Shown: positions 43,704 through 52,490, counted from the stretch's first letter. The stretch is 64,000 bases of DNA from Candidatus Omnitrophota bacterium (GCA_044225175.1 JBGAJA010000007.1:13492-77491); one strand, 5' to 3'. Notes: generated from the sequence alone by a model not told the origin. Program-made: numbers and translations.

Positions 43704-44365
43704 AAACAGCCATTCTTATTCCGGCGCATAATGAAGCTAAAGCCATTGGTTCTTTAGTCAAATCTCTTGTGGATCTTAGGTTTGATGTGATTGTTGTGGA
43801 TGATGGCTCTGTAGATGATACAGGTCTTTTAGCTAAGACGCAGGGTGCTATTGTTCTATCAACTCACAAAAAAAGTGGTAAGGGAAATGCTCTTCGTTTG
43901 GGCTTTGATTACGCAATTGTTCAGAACTATGATGCTCTTATCATGATGGATGGAGATGGACAGCATTCACCCTCAGATATTGCTTATTTTTTGGAATGTT
44001 ATGATAAAAGTCGCGTGGATATCGTTAATGGGAACCGTATGCTAAATCCTCGAGGAATGCCGTGGTTAAGGCGTGTGACCAATCATTTTATGTCAGCATT
44101 GATCTCTATGATCTGTCATCAAAGAATTGCAGATACTCAATGCGGTTTTCGATTTGTTACAACAAAAGTGCTTAAAGCGATTGAGCTTCAAAGCACTGAT
44201 TATGAAATTGAGACTGAGATTCTTATCAAGGCTAGTCGTAAAGGTTTCCGAATTGCGTCTGTACCCATTGAAAGTATTTATGGGGATGAAGTAAGTAAAA
44301 TCAATCCTTTGAAAGATACAGTTAGATTTATTCGTTATATCCTTAAAGAAATGTTTCGATCATGA
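43700..44365 (+). CDS. GT2 glycosyltransferase (polyprenol-phosphate glycosyltransferase-like)
   Basis: IPAHNE, VDDGS, DGDGQH, DTQCGF. Confidence 0.9.
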   Translation: MKTAILIPAHNEAKAIGSLVKSLVDLRFDVIVVDDGSVDDTGLLAKTQGAIVLSTHKKSGKGNALRLGFDYAIVQNYDALIMMDGDGQHSPSDIAYFLECYDKSRVDIVNGNRMLNPRGMPWLRRVTNHFMSALISMICHQRIADTQCGFRFVTTKVLKAIELQSTDYEIETEILIKASRKGFRIASVPIESIYGDEVSKINPLKDTVRFIRYILKEMFRS

Positions 44366-45015
44366 CAGCTAATAATTTCTTATATAAGGCCTTGTTTGTT
44401 TCGTTGACCATACATACTATTTTTGTTTGTAGCAGCTATTGGATGAAAATGCCTGATATTAAAAAAGTGAGAGATAAAAGAGTTGAAATTACGTATAAGC
44501 CTATAGCTCCTAAAACATTGGATATCCGTCAGCATGCCATTAAGCCGGCTCAAAAGTTAGATCTGCAAAATTCTATGGTTTCTAGTGATACAATTGGGGT
44601 TAAATTAACTAAAGAATCAGAAAGTTTAAAAGGGCTTACTGATTTTGAGCGTAAACCTAATCAAATTAAATCTGATCCTGCCAATTATGTGACAGTCACT
44701 CCTATCAGCTCAGAAAAGATTAATAGTCCTATTTATACGTCGTACCAAGATCGCATCCGTGAAAGCATTAAAGAAAGGGTGTATGCTAATTACAGCAAGC
44801 TAGATAAAGGAACGGTTTATTTGACCTTTATTATTTCTTCTGATGGGAGTTTAAAAGATTATCAGATTATTTCTGAAAAAAGCAATGCCAGCCAGAATTT
44901 GCGCTACATTTCTACTAAAAGCCTCAAAGAAGCCAGATTTCCACCATTTCTCAAAGGTATGAGTCTTCCTGAATATACCTTTAATATTGAAATTGAATAT
45001 CAATTAAGCGAGTAA
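44362..45015 (+). CDS. TonB/TolA C-terminal domain-like membrane-anchored protein
   Basis: N-terminal TM helix with SxxxH; C-terminal V.LTFIISSDG..FPPF pattern. Confidence 0.6.
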   Translation: MTANNFLYKALFVSLTIHTIFVCSSYWMKMPDIKKVRDKRVEITYKPIAPKTLDIRQHAIKPAQKLDLQNSMVSSDTIGVKLTKESESLKGLTDFERKPNQIKSDPANYVTVTPISSEKINSPIYTSYQDRIRESIKERVYANYSKLDKGTVYLTFIISSDGSLKDYQIISEKSNASQNLRYISTKSLKEARFPPFLKGMSLPEYTFNIEIEYQLSE

Positions 45016-45043
45016 GCGCTTTCTCAGAGTCGCCTTTAAGCCC

Positions 45044-45071
45044 TTGAAATAAGGTTTTTCTATGGCATATT
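45044..45071 (+). promoter_or_regulatory. Possible promoter of the modular gene
   Basis: TTGAAA-N16-CATATT with extended -10 TG. Confidence 0.35.
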
Positions 45072-45090
45072 TATATAAAGGTATATAGAT

Positions 45091-48000
45091 ATGCTAAGAA
45101 CCCCATTGATCACAATTATTTTAGTGAGCTTTATCGTCACAGGAACTATAGGCCCTATGCCTGTGAATGCTCAGGAAATACGTTTGCCTAAGCCTGGGGT
45201 AATGGTCCATTTAAGTCCCCCTATAAATCCTTCCATGTTAAAGGGAATTAAAGTTAATCCAGATAATCCGTTTCGGTTTGAATTCGTGCTGGACACCGGT
45301 GATGAAAATGTCAACCGTAGGGGTTTGATTCATCAAACCCAAGCAGAGGGCATGATGAATCATGCCCCTACGGATTTCAAATCTGAATCCGTGAAATTAA
45401 TCAAATATTTCCTAGCCTCATTAACTATACCGGAGGGTGACCTATGGGTAAACCTAAGCCCCTATGAAAAGAACCGTATGGTTCCTGAGAGCTTTGGGCA
45501 GACAGAGATGGGACGTGATCTACTAGCCCAGGACTATATGCTCAAACAGATCACCGCGAGTCTTATCTATCCAGAAGATGAGGTAGGAAAAAGATTCTGG
45601 AAGAGGATCTATGAGGAGTCAGCCAAGAAATATGGCACAACCAATATCCCAGTCAACACATTCAACAAGGTCTGGATAGTTCCTGAGAAGGCAGTTATTT
45701 ATGAGAATGCAAAGGCAGGAACGGCCTATGTGGTGGAATCCAGGTTGAAGGTGATGTTGGAATGTGATTATTTGGCGATGGATAAAAATATCGTAGGGGC
45801 GACCCACCGTGGTCGCCCTTTACCAGGGCAGGCACAGGGGCCTGCCCCTACGGAAACAAATAACATCGGATCCCAAATCATCCGCGAAATCGTCATCTCC
45901 GAATTAACCAAAGAGATTAACTATGGCGCGAACTTCGCCCAGCTTAGACAAGTCTATAGTTCCTTGATTCTAGCCACATGGTACAAAAAGAAGATCAAAG
46001 ATTCGATTCTTTCCCAAGTCTATGCAGATAAAAACAAGATTGAAGGAATCAAATACGCAATGCCAACCAGGGGACATGCTCTTAACCAAAACAACAAGAG
46101 CGTGTCCCCAAGCAGTTTGCTAAGCAATAAAGCCTTGGATGTGAAAGCGACCCAGATGAACGAACCAAACGATGTTGAATCTATCTACCAACGCTACCTG
46201 CAAGCCTTCAAAAAAGGCGTCTACAACTACATCAAACAAGACATTGACCCGGCGACACAACAGGCTGTGCCCAGGAAATATTTCTCTGGCGGTATGGCTT
46301 TAGCCATGAATGTCACTAATTTAGGATCAACAGAATTACGAACAGTCGATAGGATGGATTTTGCTCAAATAAACCAAGATAACTTGAGAATTATCTCCAG
46401 TGAATTTACTTCTGTTAATTCAGTCTTGTCTAATCAGGCGATGAAGGCAGGAGAATCAAGTGCTGTGTCCCCAGATCCCCTGAAAACTCCTGCGCGGTCT
46501 TCATTTGTGATCGAAGATTCTCCTGATTTCAAACAGCGGTATTTGGGTGCTGCGAATAATCATGATCGAATAGCTTTATTAAAAGAAGAGTATGGATTAA
46601 GGGATGTTGAAATCGAAGTTTCAAGCATTAGGGGGGGATTTGGAGTCACTAGGGGTACTGGTTTATTGCAGAAAGCGGGTGACCATAAATATACATTAAC
46701 TTTATATGGGGTTGAGGGTGATTATGAGGCTTATTTATTATTTCATGAATTTATGCATGCATATTTTGAAGAAAAAGGTCTTCGATTTAATTGGGACTCT
46801 CAAGGTGCGGAAGCAGATAATTTTATTTTTCAAATAAAGAATATGCTTTTGGATTATATGATCGAGCAGGAGAATAAGCGCAGATTTGAAGATCAATTTC
46901 AAGACATCACTCAAGATATGCGTGACTATAATTTAAGAGGTGTTTTAAAGGATAGAGCCATATTTCCTTCTTCCTTAATTGTCTTAGCTTTGAACGGAAA
47001 ATTAGTCACAAATCTTTATCCAGCTCTATCAGCATGTTATTCGCAGTCTTTTATTGGCAAAATTGTAAAAATCCCTTATTACGATGAGCTGGTAAAAGAA
47101 TTTGATAAACTGTCAGTTTCAAGTTCTGTTTCTGATTGGCAAAATGGATTTATGAATGTTTACAAAATAATGGTTGATTCTGATGTGAAGATGCAAGCTA
47201 ATAAGTTAGTAGTGAATATTCAGAAATTGAAAAAAGTGATAATGAATATAAATGGTAATTTAGAAATGCTTATTCAAACGGTCCAACGGACAATGGCCGA
47301 ACAAATAAAGCCTGAACAACAAACCATGCCCGATCAGATATGGGATGCTTTAGTATCAGAATTAGACAACTCCAAATGGCCGGATGATTTTAGAATCATA
47401 TTAAAATATCATCTGGACGCTCAGAAAAGAAAACTAAATGTTAAAAGTCTTTTTGATACTTTGCGTAAATTTCATATCGGGCCTACCGTAAACATCATAT
47501 ACATGTTAAATGGCATCTTTGAGAATGCGAATTTGAGCGTGAGAATTTATAATGATGAGCAGAGGAAGATTCAAAAAGTTAATGATGATTATGGTTTCTT
47601 AGAGAATCTAGATTTTGCAATGCTTGAGACAATAGAGGGCAGCGCCCAATTATTTAAGAAATCTGATCAAGCAATGAAGGCAGAAGAATTAAGTGCTGTG
47701 TCCCCAGATTTGCAGAATATATTTGGTAAACCCGTGAATGAAGATTTACCTGAAGAGATTGCTAATTTACCAGCAGATCAGTCTTCTACACGAGGGACTT
47801 TAACCAAGAGGCCATTCGGTGAGAAGACTATTGAACAAGAAAGGTTAGAATTAGAAATGTTGGTGGGTGTTGAATCTCTTGAACCGCAGGTTGCATGGGC
47901 TGTGCAAATGTTAACGATTAAGGGGTATGGTAGTAAATCTTCAGGGTTTTATTATGAGCATCCTAGTCAAATTCACGGTGGCACTATGGAGAGACACAGT

Positions 48001-49689
48001 ATTGAAGGTTTTTCAAGATCATTGTCTCCGGAAGAAATAAGGATTATTGAATCTGTCCCTGGGGCTAAATATGATGTCTCTAAAAATGGAATATTTGTTG
48101 ATTCTAAAGGTAAAACACTAAAAGAAGTCAAAGCTGTTTTTGATGAAATTGCTAGAAGACTTCCTGATCATGGAGCGCAAAATAGAGAGCAATTTTTGAT
48201 GTTTCAACAGGTGTTGGGTGCTCCAAATCGGCATTTTATAATAAAAATAAACGCAACTGATGGGTATCAGGATAGAGAGATATATGTCAACCGATTTGTA
48301 CGTCATTTAAAGAAGTTTAAACTCACAATGACAACAGATGTTATTTCATTATGGGAGACTATTATTGGTCAGCAAGAAGGTGCATCGCAAATCGAAGTTG
48401 TTCAAGGTGTATTTAAGGACGCAATTGTTAATGGAAAAGCATTGGTGATTGCGGGAGATAGTCTTAAGAGATTTGATTTTTCAATTCAAGACTTAATTAA
48501 ATCAGTACTTAGTCAGCAAGGAGAGACAGTAGCATTTAACCATGAAACTTTAAAGGTGCATCCTGGATTTCGTTTGGTATTTCTACTAGATGACTCTTTA
48601 GCTAAGAAGTTAATGGAAGAGCTAGAAAGAAGCTTTCTTCAATTTAACTATCCTGTAACCTCTCAGAAAGTGGACAGTGCTTTGCCTGCCGAACATAGAA
48701 ATGGAACAGATAATCTAGTCTTAGAATTTGAAAGAGAGCTTACTGAAGCATGGAGAGCGATCCCATTATTTTACGATACGGAGTTTACAGACAATCAACC
48801 ATGGATTATGGATCATAGAACGTTGTGGGATGATGTATTAAAAGTAGCATCTAAGCATCAGTTATTAGCTCATGGCACATTGAATAGTTATTATCAATCC
48901 AATGGCATTGGGATTTCACCTCTTAATCTTCACTGGGCCATGTTGGGTATTATGCTTGAAGGTAGTGTTCGTTTTGGTGAATTGGGAAATTTCTCTTCCA
49001 ATATTGGAATAGATGATATGTACAAAAATGCTGCTCGTTTTGGCCCCTACTATGTTCTTTTTCGTCCAGGTAGTGGAGTTCCAGGTGAAAAACAATTTAA
49101 GTTTCGAGAACATCCTTCTAAAGAAGAGGATCATTTAATCTATCTTGTACCAGAAGAGAACGCACGGAAATTCTTTGAATTGGGTCTGATTAAAGCAAAG
49201 GAGCGAGGTTTTATTACTCCTGCGCAAGAACAGATAGTTCGTTCTAAGATTTTAACGTATGCTGAATTTGTAGCGAGTGACAGTCAGATAGAGGACATAA
49301 TTAGAGGAAGAGTTCCAGCGCGACGGACGGGAAATGACGCTCAGACAGCAAAGGACACGGATAGAGTGATGAAGACAGAAGAATTAAGTGCTGTGTCCCC
49401 AGATTATAAACATATTGCTTTGGGGACGGTTGTACCTCCGGGAGATGCTGCAATGAGGGTAGGAAAGGCTTTGACGAATAAAGGTGGTATCGACTTTACC
49501 GCCACCAAAACACCTTTGGAAGTTCATAACGCAGGAGAGGGTATAAAGTTCCAGCTGGATCCAGCTATGTTGCAGCAGCTCCAAAATGCCCCAGGCTTTG
49601 TGCCAGTCATTATTAATATTGAACCCATGATCAATCTGCGGGAATTTTTGGGTATTAATCAGCAACAAACTACCTCTATTTCTGCATAA
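45091..49689 (+). CDS. Large modular exported protein (signal peptide, conserved N-terminal domain, repeat-delimited cargo modules, C-terminal GGID domain)
   Basis: Hydrophobic N-terminus ending VNA-Q; paralogous ends with 1-4026; HEFMH motif; three MKxxExSAVSPD linkers. Confidence 0.88.
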   Translation: MLRTPLITIILVSFIVTGTIGPMPVNAQEIRLPKPGVMVHLSPPINPSMLKGIKVNPDNPFRFEFVLDTGDENVNRRGLIHQTQAEGMMNHAPTDFKSESVKLIKYFLASLTIPEGDLWVNLSPYEKNRMVPESFGQTEMGRDLLAQDYMLKQITASLIYPEDEVGKRFWKRIYEESAKKYGTTNIPVNTFNKVWIVPEKAVIYENAKAGTAYVVESRLKVMLECDYLAMDKNIVGATHRGRPLPGQAQGPAPTETNNIGSQIIREIVISELTKEINYGANFAQLRQVYSSLILATWYKKKIKDSILSQVYADKNKIEGIKYAMPTRGHALNQNNKSVSPSSLLSNKALDVKATQMNEPNDVESIYQRYLQAFKKGVYNYIKQDIDPATQQAVPRKYFSGGMALAMNVTNLGSTELRTVDRMDFAQINQDNLRIISSEFTSVNSVLSNQAMKAGESSAVSPDPLKTPARSSFVIEDSPDFKQRYLGAANNHDRIALLKEEYGLRDVEIEVSSIRGGFGVTRGTGLLQKAGDHKYTLTLYGVEGDYEAYLLFHEFMHAYFEEKGLRFNWDSQGAEADNFIFQIKNMLLDYMIEQENKRRFEDQFQDITQDMRDYNLRGVLKDRAIFPSSLIVLALNGKLVTNLYPALSACYSQSFIGKIVKIPYYDELVKEFDKLSVSSSVSDWQNGFMNVYKIMVDSDVKMQANKLVVNIQKLKKVIMNINGNLEMLIQTVQRTMAEQIKPEQQTMPDQIWDALVSELDNSKWPDDFRIILKYHLDAQKRKLNVKSLFDTLRKFHIGPTVNIIYMLNGIFENANLSVRIYNDEQRKIQKVNDDYGFLENLDFAMLETIEGSAQLFKKSDQAMKAEELSAVSPDLQNIFGKPVNEDLPEEIANLPADQSSTRGTLTKRPFGEKTIEQERLELEMLVGVESLEPQVAWAVQMLTIKGYGSKSSGFYYEHPSQIHGGTMERHSIEGFSRSLSPEEIRIIESVPGAKYDVSKNGIFVDSKGKTLKEVKAVFDEIARRLPDHGAQNREQFLMFQQVLGAPNRHFIIKINATDGYQDREIYVNRFVRHLKKFKLTMTTDVISLWETIIGQQEGASQIEVVQGVFKDAIVNGKALVIAGDSLKRFDFSIQDLIKSVLSQQGETVAFNHETLKVHPGFRLVFLLDDSLAKKLMEELERSFLQFNYPVTSQKVDSALPAEHRNGTDNLVLEFERELTEAWRAIPLFYDTEFTDNQPWIMDHRTLWDDVLKVASKHQLLAHGTLNSYYQSNGIGISPLNLHWAMLGIMLEGSVRFGELGNFSSNIGIDDMYKNAARFGPYYVLFRPGSGVPGEKQFKFREHPSKEEDHLIYLVPEENARKFFELGLIKAKERGFITPAQEQIVRSKILTYAEFVASDSQIEDIIRGRVPARRTGNDAQTAKDTDRVMKTEELSAVSPDYKHIALGTVVPPGDAAMRVGKALTNKGGIDFTATKTPLEVHNAGEGIKFQLDPAMLQQLQNAPGFVPVIINIEPMINLREFLGINQQQTTSISA
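45317..45371. repeat. In-frame REPIN-like element (two inverted REP-like units)
   Basis: GTAG-GGGTTTGAT-tc-ATCAAACCC-aagcaga-GGGCATGAT-ga-ATCATGCCC-CTAC. Confidence 0.85.
45793..45851. repeat. In-frame REPIN-like element
   Basis: GTAG-GGGCGACC-caccgt-GGTCGCCC-tttacca-GGGCAGGC-acaggg-GCCTGCCC-CTAC. Confidence 0.85.
46070..46109. repeat. Hairpin within an insertion absent from the paralog
   Basis: GGGGACATGCTCTT-N12-AAGAGCGTGTCCCC (13/14 paired). Confidence 0.7.
46441..46476 (+). repeat. 36-bp in-frame junction repeat, copy 1
   Basis: ATGAAGGCAGGAGAATCAAGTGCTGTGTCCCCAGAT. Confidence 0.9.
47674..47709 (+). repeat. 36-bp in-frame junction repeat, copy 2
   Basis: ATGAAGGCAGAAGAATTAAGTGCTGTGTCCCCAGAT (34/36 to copy 1). 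Confidence 0.9.
49369..49404 (+). repeat. 36-bp in-frame junction repeat, copy 3
   Basis: ATGAAGACAGAAGAATTAAGTGCTGTGTCCCCAGAT (35/36 to copy 2). Confidence 0.9.
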
Positions 49690-49735
49690 TCCATACGTTC
49701 CAGTAGATTTTTAGTTACTGACACATCACAAGAAT

Positions 49736-49764
49736 TTGACAATCCCAACCATCTTTGTTAAAGT
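49736..49764 (+). promoter_or_regulatory. Sigma70-type promoter of the DUF1844-efp-acc operon
   Basis: TTGACA-N17-TAAAGT with extended -10 TG. Confidence 0.55.
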
Positions 49765-49832
49765 GTCGATACTTTTTTGCTGAAAGCATCCTAAGCTTAG
49801 ATTGATTATAATACATTAAGAACTTATTAACT

Positions 49833-49862
49833 TCCGCCAAAGGCGGACCAGCCTCTGGCTGG
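49833..49862. repeat. 30-bp double mini-hairpin element
   Basis: TCCGCC-aaa-GGCGGA + CCAGCC-tct-GGCTGG. Confidence 0.7.
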
Positions 49863-49873
49863 GAAAGGTCATT

Positions 49874-50269
49874 ATGGATTTACATAATCGTTTTGGTGAC
49901 AAGCTTGGAGACGAATCTGGCGGACTTATTGGTCCCGATGGTCAACCCCTTACAAGCAAACCTGAAGAACAATCCCCTCAAGAAGCAGAAACAGAACCTC
50001 AATTAGACTTTTTTAACTATATCGCCAGCCTTGGTTTTCAAGCCATGATTTTCTTAGGCGAGATGCCCAATCCCATTACAAATCAAGTAGATAAGAATTT
50101 GAAACAAGCTAAATTCTTGATTGATACCATGGCAATTATTAGGGAGAAAACAACTGGTAATTTATCCAAAGAAGAAGCTGAACTTTTAAATGGCTCTATT
50201 TATGAGCTTCAAATGCGCTATGTGCAGGCGCGCTTAAGAAAGACCAGCCTAATTTATGATAGATGCTAA
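49874..50269 (+). CDS. DUF1844-like protein
   Basis: AMIFLGEMPNP..AKFLID....EKTTGNL..EE pattern. Confidence 0.75.
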   Translation: MDLHNRFGDKLGDESGGLIGPDGQPLTSKPEEQSPQEAETEPQLDFFNYIASLGFQAMIFLGEMPNPITNQVDKNLKQAKFLIDTMAIIREKTTGNLSKEEAELLNGSIYELQMRYVQARLRKTSLIYDRC

Positions 50270-50411
50270 GCTTTTAGAAATTCTTGCATGTCCAGCTTGT
50301 TTAGGGGATGTGCAGCTTAAAGATAATTTTGTGGTGTGTGTGAAGTGTGGACGTAAATATCCCATAAAAAACGGTATTCCTGTACTGTTAGCTGATCAAG
50401 CTGAAAAATAG
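50256..50411 (+). CDS. Trm112/YcaR-family small protein (not in the ORF track)
   Basis: Manual translation MIDAKLLEILACPACLGDVQLKDNFVVCVKCGRKYPIKNGIPVLLADQAEK. Confidence 0.88.
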   Translation: MIDAKLLEILACPACLGDVQLKDNFVVCVKCGRKYPIKNGIPVLLADQAEK

Positions 50412-50414
50412 TCT

Positions 50415-51473
50415 ATGAATAATCGCCTTAAACGATTGGTCGATGAGTTTCCTCGTCATCGAGGGATTGATGCACTTTTGATCACCCAAGATGTTAATAT
50501 TCAATACCTTACTGGATTTCCTGCCGGTGAGTCCTGGCTGCTCGTTACCCCAGCCAAAGCAATTTACATTACTGATTTTCGCTATATTCAAGAGGCAAAA
50601 GAAGGGCTCAAGGGTATTGCTGTTGTTAAACAACATACTCAATGTCTAGCTGCTACGCTTTTTGAGCTGGTTAAAACTTTAAAAATTAAACGCCTTGGAT
50701 TTGATGAACAAAAGACTTCTGTAGCTTGTTTTAAGAAATTGAAAAGTTATTGCCCCCGTAGATCCAAACTAGTTCCTGCCAATGGCTTAGTTGAGCTTTT
50801 AAGAGAAATTAAAGATGAAAATGAGATAAATACCATCCGTCAATGCCTCAAAGTTCATTTTAAGGCTATTCAAATGCTTAAAAAAGTGGTGAAGCCTGGC
50901 CTTTCTGAACTTCAAGTATTGGGTCATTTGGAGGGATTTATTAAAAAAGAGGGGGTAAAGTTTTCTTTTAGTCCCATTATAGCTTCGGGGCCAAATTCTG
51001 CCTATCCTCACGCCAAGGTCAGCGAGAGAATTCTCAAAAACAATGAACCTTTGTTGATCGATATTGGGATTGATATAAAAGGTTACAAGTCTGACTTGAC
51101 ACGTAATTTCTTTTTAGGTAGAATGACGCCTCATTACAAGCAAGTACTTGAAGCTACAACACTTGCGCAACAGGAGGCGATCAAATTGATTAAACCTTCT
51201 GTAAAGGTTGCAGATGTTGATCTTCATGCACGTAAAGTATTGAGAAGATTTGGGTTAGCAAAATATTTCGGTCATTCTTTAGGGCATGGCGTCGGGCTTG
51301 AAATTCATGAGAATCCAAGACTTTCGACTAAAAGCCCGGCAGTTTTGGAGTCAGGGATGATTGTAACGGTTGAACCAGGAGTTTATATTCCTGGGAAGTT
51401 TGGGGTTAGAGTAGAAGATATGGTTTTAGTTAACAAAGAAGGATGTGAGGTGTTAAGTGGTAATTACTATTAA
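50415..51473 (+). CDS. Xaa-Pro aminopeptidase (M24)
   Basis: YKSDLTR, HSLGHGVGLEIHE, EPGVY, GVRVED. Confidence 0.93.
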   Translation: MNNRLKRLVDEFPRHRGIDALLITQDVNIQYLTGFPAGESWLLVTPAKAIYITDFRYIQEAKEGLKGIAVVKQHTQCLAATLFELVKTLKIKRLGFDEQKTSVACFKKLKSYCPRRSKLVPANGLVELLREIKDENEINTIRQCLKVHFKAIQMLKKVVKPGLSELQVLGHLEGFIKKEGVKFSFSPIIASGPNSAYPHAKVSERILKNNEPLLIDIGIDIKGYKSDLTRNFFLGRMTPHYKQVLEATTLAQQEAIKLIKPSVKVADVDLHARKVLRRFGLAKYFGHSLGHGVGLEIHENPRLSTKSPAVLESGMIVTVEPGVYIPGKFGVRVEDMVLVNKEGCEVLSGNYY

Positions 51474-52023
51474 TGAACTAGAAACGGGAATGGTGCTTTT
51501 GATTGATGGAAACCTGTACTTTGTGACAGAACTTAATCATGTTAAGCCAGGAAAAGGTAGTGCTTTTGTTCGTGTTAGACTTAAAAATATTAAAACTGAT
51601 GCTGTACTTGAAAGAACATTTCGAACTGCAGACACCCTAGAAGAAGCTGATTTAGAGCGTCGTCGTATGCAATATACGTATTCTTCAGGCAATGAATACC
51701 ATTTTATGGATCAAAGTACCTTTGAAGATACAGTCATTACTAAAGAGCTTTTAGGAGATGGCGTTAAATATCTTCAAGATAATATGGAAGTTGAAACCAT
51801 TATCTATAAGGATCAAGTCATCAAAGCAGAAGTTCCCACCTTTATTATTGCTGAAGTTATTGAATCTGACCCTGGTTTAAAGGGAGATTCTTCCAAAGCA
51901 GGTTATAAGCCAGCTAAAATTGATACCGGAGCTTCTGTTCAGGTACCTTTGTTCATTATTCAAGGAGAGACTATTAAAGTTGACACTAGAACCGGAGTTT
52001 ACGTTGAAAGGGTCAAACGATGA
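51457..52023 (+). CDS. efp: Elongation factor P
   Basis: HVKPGKGSAF, VPLFI. Confidence 0.96.
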   Translation: MVITINELETGMVLLIDGNLYFVTELNHVKPGKGSAFVRVRLKNIKTDAVLERTFRTADTLEEADLERRRMQYTYSSGNEYHFMDQSTFEDTVITKELLGDGVKYLQDNMEVETIIYKDQVIKAEVPTFIIAEVIESDPGLKGDSSKAGYKPAKIDTGASVQVPLFIIQGETIKVDTRTGVYVERVKR

Positions 52024-52487
52024 ATTTAAAAGAAATTAAGGAAATTATCGCGCTTATGAATGAAAACGGTTTAGGCGAGATCGAAATTGAGCGTGAAGGC
52101 CTTAAACTGAAACTTAAAAAATCCGCACTTGAAGCTCATCTTCAAGCGCCAATCCAATATGCTATTGAATCACTTCCTGCCCCTAAAGCTGTTGGCTCTT
52201 CTCCAAGCGGTTCTTCCTCCAAAGATGTTAAAACAGATGCTAAATCAACCAAAGACATCAAATCTCCTATGGTTGGAACGTTCTACAGATCACCTTCACC
52301 AGAAGCTGCTCCTTTCATGGAAATAGGTCAAACAGTTGAAATAGGTCAGGTGGTATGTATCGTTGAAGCGATGAAGCTCATGAATGAAATCAAATCTGAG
52401 ATTCGTGGTAAGGTTGTTGAGGTTGCTGTGTCTAATGCCGAACCTGTGGAGTTTGGTCAAACCCTTTTTGTGGTTGAACCCATATAA
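52020..52487 (+). CDS. accB: Acetyl-CoA carboxylase biotin carboxyl carrier protein
   Basis: SPMVGTFY, EAMKLMN. Confidence 0.96.
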   Translation: MNLKEIKEIIALMNENGLGEIEIEREGLKLKLKKSALEAHLQAPIQYAIESLPAPKAVGSSPSGSSSKDVKTDAKSTKDIKSPMVGTFYRSPSPEAAPFMEIGQTVEIGQVVCIVEAMKLMNEIKSEIRGKVVEVAVSNAEPVEFGQTLFVVEPI

Positions 52488-52490
52488 TTT

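Noticed and set aside
46441-49404. 36-bp repeats as a CRISPR array
   Set aside because: Spacing is 1.2-1.7 kb, the repeats are in frame within one ORF, and there are no cas genes.
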